NCBI GenBank assembly: GCA_963786955.1
Contig: CAWBAT010000005.1
Location: 1,024,001-1,088,000 of the forward strand
DNA length: 64,000 bases
Reading direction: 5' to 3'
From: an uncultured Acidimicrobiia bacterium
GTDB taxonomy: Bacteria; Acidobacteriota; Terriglobia; Versatilivoradales; Versatilivoraceae
The notes beneath the pieces are model-generated. The model saw only the letters and a list, made by a program, of their open reading frames with translations, made no database searches and was not told the origin of the DNA. Position numbers and translations under genes: made by a program. Numbering within the stretch: position 1 is the first letter of the stretch; every line of letters starts with the position of its first letter. Shown piece by piece: positions 36,301-46,154 of this stretch.

Positions 36301-39300
36301 ACCGAGTCAGGAAAATCCCCACCGGTGTCTCCGGCCTCACGCCCATTCTCTGCAGGCGCCAGGCCAATTGATTCGCTCGCCTGTTTAGCTCGCTATAAGT
36401 GAGCTGTTCCTCTCCACACCGCACCGCGGGGGCATCAGGGGTCTGCTGCACTTGCTCCTCGAAGAGGTGATGGAAACAGCGGTGGAAATACGGCAGTTCG
36501 GTTTGATTCCACGTCACCAACAGTTGGTGCCGTTCGGCGTCACTCAGCAGCGGCAACTCGGAGAGAGGGGAATTCGGGATTCGCCACAATTCCTTCCAGC
36601 AGAGTTTGGAAATTCCCGGCCATCCGTGCAATTCGGACCCCATCGAACAAGTCGGCGTTATACTGCCACGTCGCCATCAACCCCTGCTTGGTTTCCGATA
36701 GATACAGAGTCAAGTCGAACTTGGCTGTCCTACTATTCAACTCCATCGGGCTAACAGTCAGACCCAACAAAGGCTCGATAGAGGCTCCACCTGTTTCAGC
36801 CTCAAACCCGAGCCCGGGCGGTGCTGGGTGGCTATCAGTGTGAATCCTCCTGCCTGGAACGTTCTGAAAGGCAAACATTACTTGGAAAAGTGGATTGTGG
36901 CGATGATCTCGCGCTGGTTGCAGCTCCTCGATCAACATCTCAAATGGCAGGTCTTGATGCGCATATGCGTTCATGGCCGTGCTCGCACCCGCCCCAGAAC
37001 CTCACAGAATGTCGGATTCCCCGACAGATTCGCGTGCATCACCAGCGTGTTGGCAAAGAAACCAATTAAGTCCTCCGTTTCGACGAGAGTCCGATTGGCG
37101 ATCGGTGTGCCCACCGCGAGATCATCTTGTCCCGTGTAGCGGTGCAGCAAGGTCTGGAATGCCGCCAGCAGTGTCATGTAGAGCGTGGCTCTCTCCCGTT
37201 GGCTCAACGCCTTCAACCCTTCGGTCAGCTGGGCGGATATCTCCATTTGGTAACTGGAGCCCCGGAATGACTGGTGGGCAGGACGAGGTCGGTCGGTAGG
37301 CAGATCGAGCACCGGGGGGATCTTTTCGAACTGCCTCTTCCAGTATGCAAGTTGGGTCTCCAGTGCCTTCCCCTGCAACCATTTTCGCTGCCAGACAGCG
37401 AAATCACGATACTGGATCTGCAGTTCCGGCAGCGGTGATGGTCGGCCCGCCGAAAACGCTGCGTAGAGCGTCTCCAATTCCCGATTAAGTACTCTCGTGG
37501 ACCAGCCATCGGAAACGATGTGGTGCATGGTCAGGAGCAGCATGTGCTCTTCTACATCCAACCGTAGGAGTGTGACACGAAAGAGCGGTCCGTGGAGCAG
37601 ATGGAATGGACGGACGATCTCTTCGGAGGCCAGACGCACGGCCTCAGCCTGGCGGTCGGATACGGGAAGCCTCGTCAGATTCACCACCGGCAGCCGCAGG
37701 GGTTGCACCGGGGAAATGACCTGGATAGGGTGCCCGCCGACAGTGCGGAAGGTGGTGCGGAGAGCTTCGTGGCGGCGAAGGATCTCGTTGATGCTCTGCT
37801 CCAGCACCTCCTCGCGGAGCCTCCCCGTGAGACGCAGTGCGATATGCATATTATAGGCGGGGTTCCCAGGCTCAATCTGGTCGAGCAACCACAGTCGCTG
37901 CTGTGCAAATGACAGCACGCAATGCTCAGTCGCACTCCCCCGCGGAATACTCGGGCTTTCTGTGCGTAGATAAGTCGTCTTTCCATCAGCCACCCGCATC
38001 AGTAGGTAACGGGTAACAAGCTCTGCCAGCTCCGCGACGGTTGGCCTTTCAAACAGGGTTTGCATGGGCAGCTCGACCTGGAAGTCACGGTGCAACCGCG
38101 AAAATACCTGGGCTGCCTTTAGCGAGTCGCCACCTGACTGGAAGAAATTGTCATGGATGCCGAGCTGATCAATACCCAACACGCTAGCCCAGATCTCTGA
38201 CAGTCGCTCTTCTATGGACGTGCGGGGTGCAGTGAAATCGGCCAGCTTCTTGCCTGGCGCCACCAGATCCAGTTTCTCTGCCAATCCCATGCGCTGCAGT
38301 TTGCCAGTTGGCCCCTTTGGGATTTCATCCATGATCACAATTTGCTGCGGCACCTTGAAATGGGCGAGGCGCGCCGAGGCAAACTGACGGATCTCCTTGA
38401 TCAGGGGTTCCGTTGCTCGGAGATTTAGGTGTTGGGATGAGTTCACCTGAACACCTGACCTGAGAACGATCGCGACCGCGACATCCTCACCAAGGGTGGC
38501 ATGAGGGACCGGGAACGTAACAGCTTGTGCGATCACCGGGTGATCCAGCAGTACTTCATCCACCTCTCGCGGCGAGATTTTCTCCCCTCCGCGGTTGATG
38601 ATCTCCTTGAGACGCCCGGTGATGAAAAGGTAACCCTCCGCATCCAGGTAACCCCTATCGCCCGTACGGAACCACCCCCGGACAAAAGCGCTGCTATTGG
38701 CTTCGGGGTTGTTTTCATAAGCCAGCATGACGTTTGTGCCACGGATTACGACCTCGCCGTTTTCCCCTGGCGGCAACAGATTGCCGATCTCATCCATAAT
38801 CGCGACGTCCGGCCCCGCGGCCAGACCCACCGAACCTGGCTTCCGCCTGCTCGGCGGCAGCTGGCTGCTTGCAATCTGTGGAGCAGCCTCGGTCATCCCG
38901 TACGCCTCGATGAAGGGGATATGAAACACGCGTTCCATCTCCGTCATCAACTTCCTCGGCATCGGCGCGGAGGCCGAGCGGATGAATCGCAGCGAAGAGC
39001 GCGCGCGGATGCCCGGATGGTGAATAGCGTTCTCCAGGATCTCCTGGTGAATCGTGGGTGCCGCCGTGTACCACGTAGGGCGAAACGCCTCCATCCATTC
39101 AAAGAACCGCGGAGCGGAAAAGCCATCCGTGCAAATGACGCTCGCACCCGCCGCAATCGAAGCAAAAATCGTGCTCAGGCCATGAATGTGAAATAACGGC
39201 ATCACATTCAGACAACGATCGCTGTCGACTAACTCGACTGCAGCGCGAATATTGTTAGCGGAGGCGCAGATGTTACGGTGTGTCAGGGGTACCAGCTTCG

Positions 39301-39886
39301 GTAGTGCAGCCGATCCGGAAGTGTGAAGCGCCAACGCGACATCCTCCGGCTGTGCGAACCCCGCCTTCATGTTTTCAAACCTTAGGATTTCCGAGTGTTC
39401 CGCCCTGGGCACTTGAACACCCTGCTTCAGCGTGAAGAGACCTGCCTCTTCTTCTTCCAATGGTGTCAGTTCAATGATCGGGATGCCACGAGCTCGGGCA
39501 ACAGCGACTGCTGGCGATGAGCTGCCCGATTGCACCAGCAGCGCCCGGGCGCGGAGATCTGCAAGATGGAAATCGAATTCGCCGGCACGGTAGGCAGGAT
39601 TGAGGGGTGCGCAAGTGGCGCCGGCAGCGATGGTGATAAACGCTACAGCCATCTCGGGACCTTCGGGAAGCACCAATGCCACACGGTCATTCCTCCCGAC
39701 GCCGAGCGAGTTGAGCGCCTCCACGACCGTCACCAGCTGGCGGCACAAACGGCCGTAAGTAAGAGGCCTGCGTCCCGGGGCGAGAATCGCTACGGCATCG
39801 GGGTTCCGTTCGGCCTGCTCTTGGACCAGTTGACGCAGACAATAGTGCCGGGTGTGATCCGTGAATTGGATAGGATCAGCATTCAT
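33365..39886 (-). CDS. NRPS: acyl-CoA-ligase-like A - T - C - A - T - Ldh_2 dehydrogenase (one gene split by two indels near 36970 and 36600)
   Basis: MPLFHIHGL/LRFIRSAS/EAYGMTE ligase; GGDSL carrier; HHIVSDG condensation domain continuing AYAHQDLPFE and AKFDLTL in the next frame; YTSGSTGKPKG A domain; GGDSN carrier; Ldh_2 motifs SNHLG, GNNP, GGHKGYGL and IPGE. Confidence 0.88.
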
Positions 39887-39926
39887 GGTTCGTTCTCTCG
39901 TTTGTACTGCTGAAGCGTTTCACAGA

Positions 39927-42900
39927 TTACTCCTTCGATTTCCGTTCCAGCGGTCGGGGTAAAGAGACGCAGATGTCTACCAGGGCGGACCGGCCGCGGT
40001 GGACTTCTTGAAGCGCTTCCCGGAGTACCGACTGGAGTTTCGCCGGATCGTCCACGGTCCTGGCCCACAATCCCATCGCTTCCGCCACTTTGGAATACAG
40101 AGGCGGCTTCGGCAGATCGCACGCCGGGTAGTTGCCTGTCTTCCTTGCGTAGCCCTCGGGCGCTATGGCCAGAATTGCTTCGGTGGTGGCAGCATAAGCC
40201 TGATTATTGAAGATCACCGTCAAGAAAGGACTGCGGTGTTGCTCGGCCGCCCAGTACGTAACAATGGGAGAGCCGAATACCCAGGAGCCATCTCCTACCG
40301 TGCAAATAATCGTTTTAGAGGGGGAGGCAAGTTTGGCACCCAAGGCGGCTCCAAGGCCCCAACCAAGGCCGGACCCGAGGCTCTGGTAGTAGGTTCCGGG
40401 TTTATCTGAATTCAGATAATGCCAAAGGACCGGATTGTTACTGACAGCCTCGCTGACGATCACCGTGTCGTCATCCACAATTTCGTTCAAGCAGTAGGCA
40501 GCCCATTCTGGTGCGATCGGCTGCCGCACCGCCAAATCGAGAGCTCTCTGCCGCCACCCTGCCTTTTGCACCTCGTGCTCCGCGGTCAGAACATGGCGTC
40601 TTGTCTCAATCCGTGGCCGATCTGTGGGGCTCAGCCTGCGCTCGACCTCCTCCGCCAAGGCTGCCATGGCTTGCGAAGAATCGGCCTGAATGGAAAGGTC
40701 TACCGGGAATCCCCAGATCGGGATATCCCGTTTGAGGGGGTCAATGTCCACGTGGATAATTCGGCATTGAGAGGGTGGTTGTCCTTGCGCAGGGACCCAT
40801 GGAACATCGTGGTCGACAATCAGAACGCAATCAGCATGCTGCAAGTAGTGAGCGGCCGAAAATCCGAGATGAAGCGGGTGTCCCGTAGGAAAATTCATTC
40901 GGTGACGCAACTCCACTACTGGGGCTGCAAGCTTCTCGGCAAGTCTAACCAGAGAGGCCACAGCCTTGGGATTGCGGCCCGCATAGGCCACAAGAATTAA
41001 AGGTCTTTCCGCCTCGATCAGCCACTGCGCTGCCTGAGCAAGGCTCTCAGGGTCAGCCGCCAGTGTTGAAATCACTGGCGTGCGCCGGGGTCCCACAATC
41101 GGAGTCTCCAACTTCTCCAAGAGCACTTCCTTCGGGAGGGTCAAATATACCGGGCCCGCCGGCTCCGTGCCGGCTAACTGGAATGCACGCTGCATCGCCA
41201 CGTGAAGGTTTTCCCGGCGGGTCAGCTCGTAATGCCACTTGACGTAATTCTGCACAATGCCTGCCTGGTTAAACTGCTCTTGTATCCAGTCGATAGAGCG
41301 ATTGCGCCCACCCTCGACGTTGCCATCGACGGTGTAGGGGGATCTCCCCGCACAGATAACCACTCCGGCGCGACCACGCTGTGCGTTGTGTAGATTCGCA
41401 CCGATGTTCTGGGTGCCCACGTCAACGTGAACCAGGACTACCTGAGGCCTTCCGGTAATCATGAAGTAGCCGTGCGCAGCTGCCATAGCCACAGACTCAT
41501 GAAGACAGAGGATCAGCTCAGGTGCCCGGCGTCCCTGGGCTTTAAACTTGGCTATGGATTCCTGGATCGGCGCAATGTCGCTACCCGGGTTGATAAAGAT
41601 GTAATCGACGGCGTAGGCGTTGAGCAGCTCAATATAACCGTCGGAGACGTTGTCAATCAGCAGACTCTGTGGTTCTGCCTTGTGCAACCGTTGAGACTCA
41701 CGAGGCACGACATGTGGGAACACCTTCGCCGGTGCCTGAATTTGCGCGCGTTCGAGGCAAGCCTTCAACTGTTGGGCCAGGACCTGAACGTTTGGTTTCA
41801 CCAAGATTAAGCCGGAGTCATCGCCGGGCACATTGTAAATCTCCAGGCCTCCGGCAGCCAGCCGACTCCAGTGCAGCCTGCGATCCTCTTCGGGAGCAAC
41901 GTTACGGCCCTCGGCCTGAAAAAGGACAACGCGCCCTGGGTAGGTGTGCGGCTTGTAATGGTGAACCGCAGCTAGATTAGCCTGCCTAACAACCCCCCCA
42001 TAGAACACGTTGCGGTCACCCCTGAAAAGGTCGCGCTGGGCGACCATCTGCTTGAGTGTCTTAAGCCGCTCAATCAGGTATTCGAATCGCTGCCGGCCAC
42101 GGAGCCTCGCAAGCGTATCGCCGTAAAGCCGTATCCGGCTGACCGTGAGATTGAGGGCCGCCAGCACGCGCAGAGCGGGCCGGAACCATAGCTTAGAGGT
42201 CACCACCGGCGGCCTCGGCTCAAGGAGAGCTAAGAGGCCGACCTTTTGTCCTGCTGAGTGCAGCTGTTGTGCCATCTCATACGCGACAACAGCGCCCATG
42301 CACCCACCGGCGAGATAGTAGGGACCCTCGGGTTGCAGCTCACGGATTTCCTCCAGATAGGTCGCCGCGATCTCCTCAATGCTTGTCAGCGGCTTCTCCG
42401 TTCCACTGAGTCCGCGCGATTGCAGGCCATAGAAGGGCTGCTCCGGACCCAGAAGCCGCGCGAGGTCGTTAAAGCCGAGCACGTTACCCCCGACGCCCGG
42501 TACAGCAAATAGGGGTGGTCGGCTTCCCGCCGGCTGAATCGAAACCAGGGAGCGCCATGACTGTGACTCACTGCCCTTGCCAATGACTGCGGCGAGCCCT
42601 TCGATGGTGGGCGCCCGGAACAGCGTCGCGAGCGGTAGCCTGATCCGTAAACATTCTTCCAGCCGTGCGAACATCACGGCGGCGAGCAGTGAGTGGCCCC
42701 CGAGGTCGAAGAAGTTTTCTCGAGTCCCAACAGGATTAACCATGAGAATCTCTTCCCAAATCTTAACCAGTTGTCGCTCGACCTCATTTTGGGGTTGGGT
42801 GAATGTGGATGTCCGATCCCTGCTCCTGTCCGGCGGAGGAAGCGCTCGGCGGTCTATCTTACCGTTGGGCGTTAAAGGCAGTGCTTCCAAGAATACAAAC

Positions 42901-44426
42901 GCAGAGGGAATCATATAATCAGGCAACTTCTGCTGGAGAAAAGCGCGCAGTTCGCCGCCTGTCGGAGCCAGTTCTTGTGACGGAACAATATAGGCAATTA
43001 ATTGTTTATCATTTGGTACGTTGTCCAGCACTACAACCACTGCTTCTCGAACAATTGGATGTTGACGGAGTACGGCCTCAATCTCATTCAGCTCAACACG
43101 GAAGCCCCGGATCTTCACCTGATGATCAGCGCGGCCCAGAAACTCGAAACTGCCATCTGACAAGAATCGCCCACGGTCGCCGGTTCGATAAATCCGCTGC
43201 CCGGGAACTTCCGGGTCAGGCTTGAAGACTGGGGCCGTTTCTTCCGGGCGGTGCCAATACCCTTCGGCAATATAGCGGCTCTTGACGACTAATTCACCTA
43301 TCTCCCCCCTGGCGACAGGCTGACCTGATTCGTCAACGAGCTCGAGGCATTTGTCTGCTACCGGTCGACCAGCCGACAGGGCTCCAAGGTCTTTCACCAT
43401 ATTCGCATCGATGCGAGCTACGCATAGTAGGCCGGTCTCGGTCGTGGAAAAGCGATGCATCAGCACGCAGGAACTTCCGAAATGCAGCTTCCATTTTTCT
43501 ATATCGGTACGTAGGACCACATCTCCAGCCAGGGCCACCGACCTTACCGAGGGAAACAAATTCTCCCCCTCCAGAGTGGAAAGGAACCTCCGAAACAGCA
43601 GCACGGGGGGATGCAGCAGGGTGATTTGCTCCTCTTCGAGCCATTCCCTGAAGGCCGTCAGACCTTCTGATGCAAAATCAAACACACAGAGAGTGGCACC
43701 GTTAAGTAGGGCTCCAAACATGTCCGCTTCCGACGCCGAAAAACTGCAGTGGGTCAATAGAGACTGCCGATCAGCCGGAGTGATGGCATCATGTTGTGCG
43801 AAGAGCCATACACGGTGCAGAACCGCCCGATGGCTCTTCACTACCCCCTTCGGTTGGCCGGTCGTCCCAGAGGTATAGAAGATTGTTGACGGGTCATGCG
43901 GCCTTATCTCAATCTGCGGGCTATCCTCGGGAAACCCAGCATCGATCTCATCAAGCATCAAAAGGGAAGTGGGCCCGGCCATTAACTCGCGGGCGCGGGA
44001 TTCAAACGCGGCAGTCGTCAGAATCAAATCCGGGGCCACGTCTCGCACGATTTCCGCCTGCCGCTTGGCTGGCATTCTAGGGTGAATGGCTAAATATGTC
44101 TTTCCAGCCTTCAGCACCGCAAGCGTGGCAATCACCATTTCCGGCGAATGATCTAATAAATAGGGAACACATCCGACACCGGGATGTGTGCGCTCCTTGA
44201 TGGCGTGCGCAATCCGATTTACTTGTCTGTTTAGATCCTGGTAGGTCCACTGCCGGCCAGCGCCGGTGAGAGCGATGTGATTTGGAAAGCGGCAGACCAC
44301 TTGTTCGAAACGAGCCGGTACGGTCTGCTCAATTTCCGCCCTTGAAAAAGGGAGACTCGGGGGTGGAGCGGCTTCACCCGTGTTAGTCGTCGTCTCCACA
44401 AGCCTCAACATGAGCAGATTCCCCAA
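39927..44426 (-). CDS. NRPS-like protein: A - T - TE - thiamine-diphosphate enzyme fusion
   Basis: YTSGTTGQPKG, YRTGD and PLTPNGKIDR (A); FFDLGGHSL (T); GPYYLAGGCMG (TE); CLHESVA and GDGS-x-NN (ThDP), all in one uninterrupted 1499-aa ORF. Confidence 0.92.
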   Translation of the reverse strand: MGNLLMLRLVETTTNTGEAAPPPSLPFSRAEIEQTVPARFEQVVCRFPNHIALTGAGRQWTYQDLNRQVNRIAHAIKERTHPGVGCVPYLLDHSPEMVIATLAVLKAGKTYLAIHPRMPAKRQAEIVRDVAPDLILTTAAFESRARELMAGPTSLLMLDEIDAGFPEDSPQIEIRPHDPSTIFYTSGTTGQPKGVVKSHRAVLHRVWLFAQHDAITPADRQSLLTHCSFSASEADMFGALLNGATLCVFDFASEGLTAFREWLEEEQITLLHPPVLLFRRFLSTLEGENLFPSVRSVALAGDVVLRTDIEKWKLHFGSSCVLMHRFSTTETGLLCVARIDANMVKDLGALSAGRPVADKCLELVDESGQPVARGEIGELVVKSRYIAEGYWHRPEETAPVFKPDPEVPGQRIYRTGDRGRFLSDGSFEFLGRADHQVKIRGFRVELNEIEAVLRQHPIVREAVVVVLDNVPNDKQLIAYIVPSQELAPTGGELRAFLQQKLPDYMIPSAFVFLEALPLTPNGKIDRRALPPPDRSRDRTSTFTQPQNEVERQLVKIWEEILMVNPVGTRENFFDLGGHSLLAAVMFARLEECLRIRLPLATLFRAPTIEGLAAVIGKGSESQSWRSLVSIQPAGSRPPLFAVPGVGGNVLGFNDLARLLGPEQPFYGLQSRGLSGTEKPLTSIEEIAATYLEEIRELQPEGPYYLAGGCMGAVVAYEMAQQLHSAGQKVGLLALLEPRPPVVTSKLWFRPALRVLAALNLTVSRIRLYGDTLARLRGRQRFEYLIERLKTLKQMVAQRDLFRGDRNVFYGGVVRQANLAAVHHYKPHTYPGRVVLFQAEGRNVAPEEDRRLHWSRLAAGGLEIYNVPGDDSGLILVKPNVQVLAQQLKACLERAQIQAPAKVFPHVVPRESQRLHKAEPQSLLIDNVSDGYIELLNAYAVDYIFINPGSDIAPIQESIAKFKAQGRRAPELILCLHESVAMAAAHGYFMITGRPQVVLVHVDVGTQNIGANLHNAQRGRAGVVICAGRSPYTVDGNVEGGRNRSIDWIQEQFNQAGIVQNYVKWHYELTRRENLHVAMQRAFQLAGTEPAGPVYLTLPKEVLLEKLETPIVGPRRTPVISTLAADPESLAQAAQWLIEAERPLILVAYAGRNPKAVASLVRLAEKLAAPVVELRHRMNFPTGHPLHLGFSAAHYLQHADCVLIVDHDVPWVPAQGQPPSQCRIIHVDIDPLKRDIPIWGFPVDLSIQADSSQAMAALAEEVERRLSPTDRPRIETRRHVLTAEHEVQKAGWRQRALDLAVRQPIAPEWAAYCLNEIVDDDTVIVSEAVSNNPVLWHYLNSDKPGTYYQSLGSGLGWGLGAALGAKLASPSKTIICTVGDGSWVFGSPIVTYWAAEQHRSPFLTVIFNNQAYAATTEAILAIAPEGYARKTGNYPACDLPKPPLYSKVAEAMGLWARTVDDPAKLQSVLREALQEVHRGRSALVDICVSLPRPLERKSKE

Positions 44427-45039
44427 GAACTAACGATGCAACCATCCCAGCTGCAATTTATTACGGCGAAGAATGACATCCATCTCCAATCAATCCGCTA
44501 CCTCTGCCCTTGCTCCTTCTCGGCATACTGCATTTGGCGTGCCTAATCCGGCAATCAGGGCTCCTTCAGGCTTCCCTGCGTGGCGCGGTTCAGCCCATGT
44601 GGGGGAATGCAAAAGGCAGGCAACCCCCCTGTTTTCTTGCAAATCTCCAACCAAATCAAAATGATACTTGCTAATATAGTCGGCGGCGGGTGCAACTACC
44701 AATTTCTCCTATGAATAAAAGCGTAGCTTCCTTATCCCATATTTTTTCCGCTCTTGAGAAAGTGGAAAACCTTTTCCATTAATGTCCATCCAAATGTGGT
44801 AGAGATTATAAGCAACATGGTTTGGACTATTTGCCACCAATTATTTGCCGATTTTTTGGGGCGCAAACTCGTGGCTGCACGACGGCAACCTGGAGTTAAC
44901 TAAGCGGAATCAGTCCAACCACTGAATACCGACATAAGTCGGCTTTTTCTTATTGTAAGTAGTTGTCTAATTCAATCGGCCCTATATGCATAATCAAGGT
45001 AAACGAACTGCTGCGGTGTTGTTCCGCGACTCTGTTCGG

Positions 45040-45330
45040 CTCGACTAAGGAAACCGTTACCTATGTGATGGGCAGCCACGTCTTGCCGAGGTGTGTCGAG
45101 ACACGCCTCTACAATCCGACGCGATTCAATCTCCATTCCCATTTGAACTAGCTCGCGAAGAAATATTCAGAATCGGCCGTTCAGAAGGCACGAACCTGAT
45201 TGAACGGCGCATTCGAGGAAGCTATTGATCAGGACTTCTCGTTTAAGAATCCTGCCAGGAAACTGGCAGTGTGGGTCACCCGCAAGAGCTGCAAACGTTA
45301 CCTTAGTGCCAAGGAAATCCACAAACCTGA
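45040..45330 (+). pseudogene. Tyrosine integrase remnant (core-binding region only)
   Basis: One frame reads STKETVTYVMGSHVLP...TRFNLHSHLN*LAKKYSESAVQKART*LNGAFEEAIDQDFSFKNPARKL...RKSCKRYLSAKEI. It has two in-frame stops, no catalytic domain, and lies adjacent to the tRNA 3' end. Confidence 0.75.
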
Positions 45331-45395
45331 TCGCCCGGAGACTGATTGTTTGTGCTCTAAGACCTGGGAAGTTATTCGCTTAACGATTGAAAGGA

Positions 45396-45472
<77 letters not shown>

Positions 45473-45830
45473 GCGCGGCAAGAATTTCTCGTAAACATAG
45501 ATGAGCGGCCATAATGCCGCATGGGAAAAAGGCCCCCGTCCATGGGCTTCTTAAGCTTTGTAAGGTATCATAAGAAATCCGACCCGAAAAGCGGAAACCC
45601 CACAATATGCTATAGTGATAGGGTGTTACTCGAACTTAATGATGCATGATGTTTGATCTGTCTGAAAGTTAGTCTTAAGGAGCTGCACTGAATTAGGGTC
45701 TCCCCGGTCTGTCCGCTGAAGGACCGCCCTCTCCCCAAAGAGAGGGCAGAAATCATTATCTTTTTGCATGTTCGAATGGGAAAAGCCGCTGAGGGGATTT
45801 TGCCGTGATTTACTCGCGGGTTCTTTCGTT

Positions 45831-46151
45831 ATGCCTCGAATTCGAATTCTTCCGGACCAAGTTGAAGTTCAAGTCAGGCCAGGAATTACTCTGCTGAAAA
45901 GCGCTGAGCAAGCCGGTGTCGAGATCCTGCATTCTTGCGGAGGCCTCGGTGCCTGCACTTCCTGTCGTGTCCTCATCATAGAAGGGAGAGATCGATTGAC
46001 TCCGATCGGACAGGCTGAAGAAGAACAACTCGTCGAGTCGGGACTGCTCCATTCTCACCGCCTGGCCTGCCAAGCCGCCATTCTTGGGGATGTTGTCATC
46101 GAACGCCCGAAATGGCGATCCTCATTAGATTCTCCAATTACAGGAGAGTAG
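45831..46151 (+). CDS. 2Fe-2S ferredoxin
   Basis: CGGLGACTSC...RLACQ. Confidence 0.9.
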   Translation: MPRIRILPDQVEVQVRPGITLLKSAEQAGVEILHSCGGLGACTSCRVLIIEGRDRLTPIGQAEEEQLVESGLLHSHRLACQAAILGDVVIERPKWRSSLDSPITGE

Positions 46152-46154
46152 CCC

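Noticed and set aside
180-37000. Numerous frameshifts (ribE, ftsY, PLP lyase, sigma/anti-sigma, ABC transporter, DUF4388, NRPS) as mass pseudogenisation or programmed frameshifting
   Set aside because: They hit essential genes such as ftsY, are mostly single-base indels, and are absent from 45.8-64 kb. Uneven long-read polishing is the simpler explanation.
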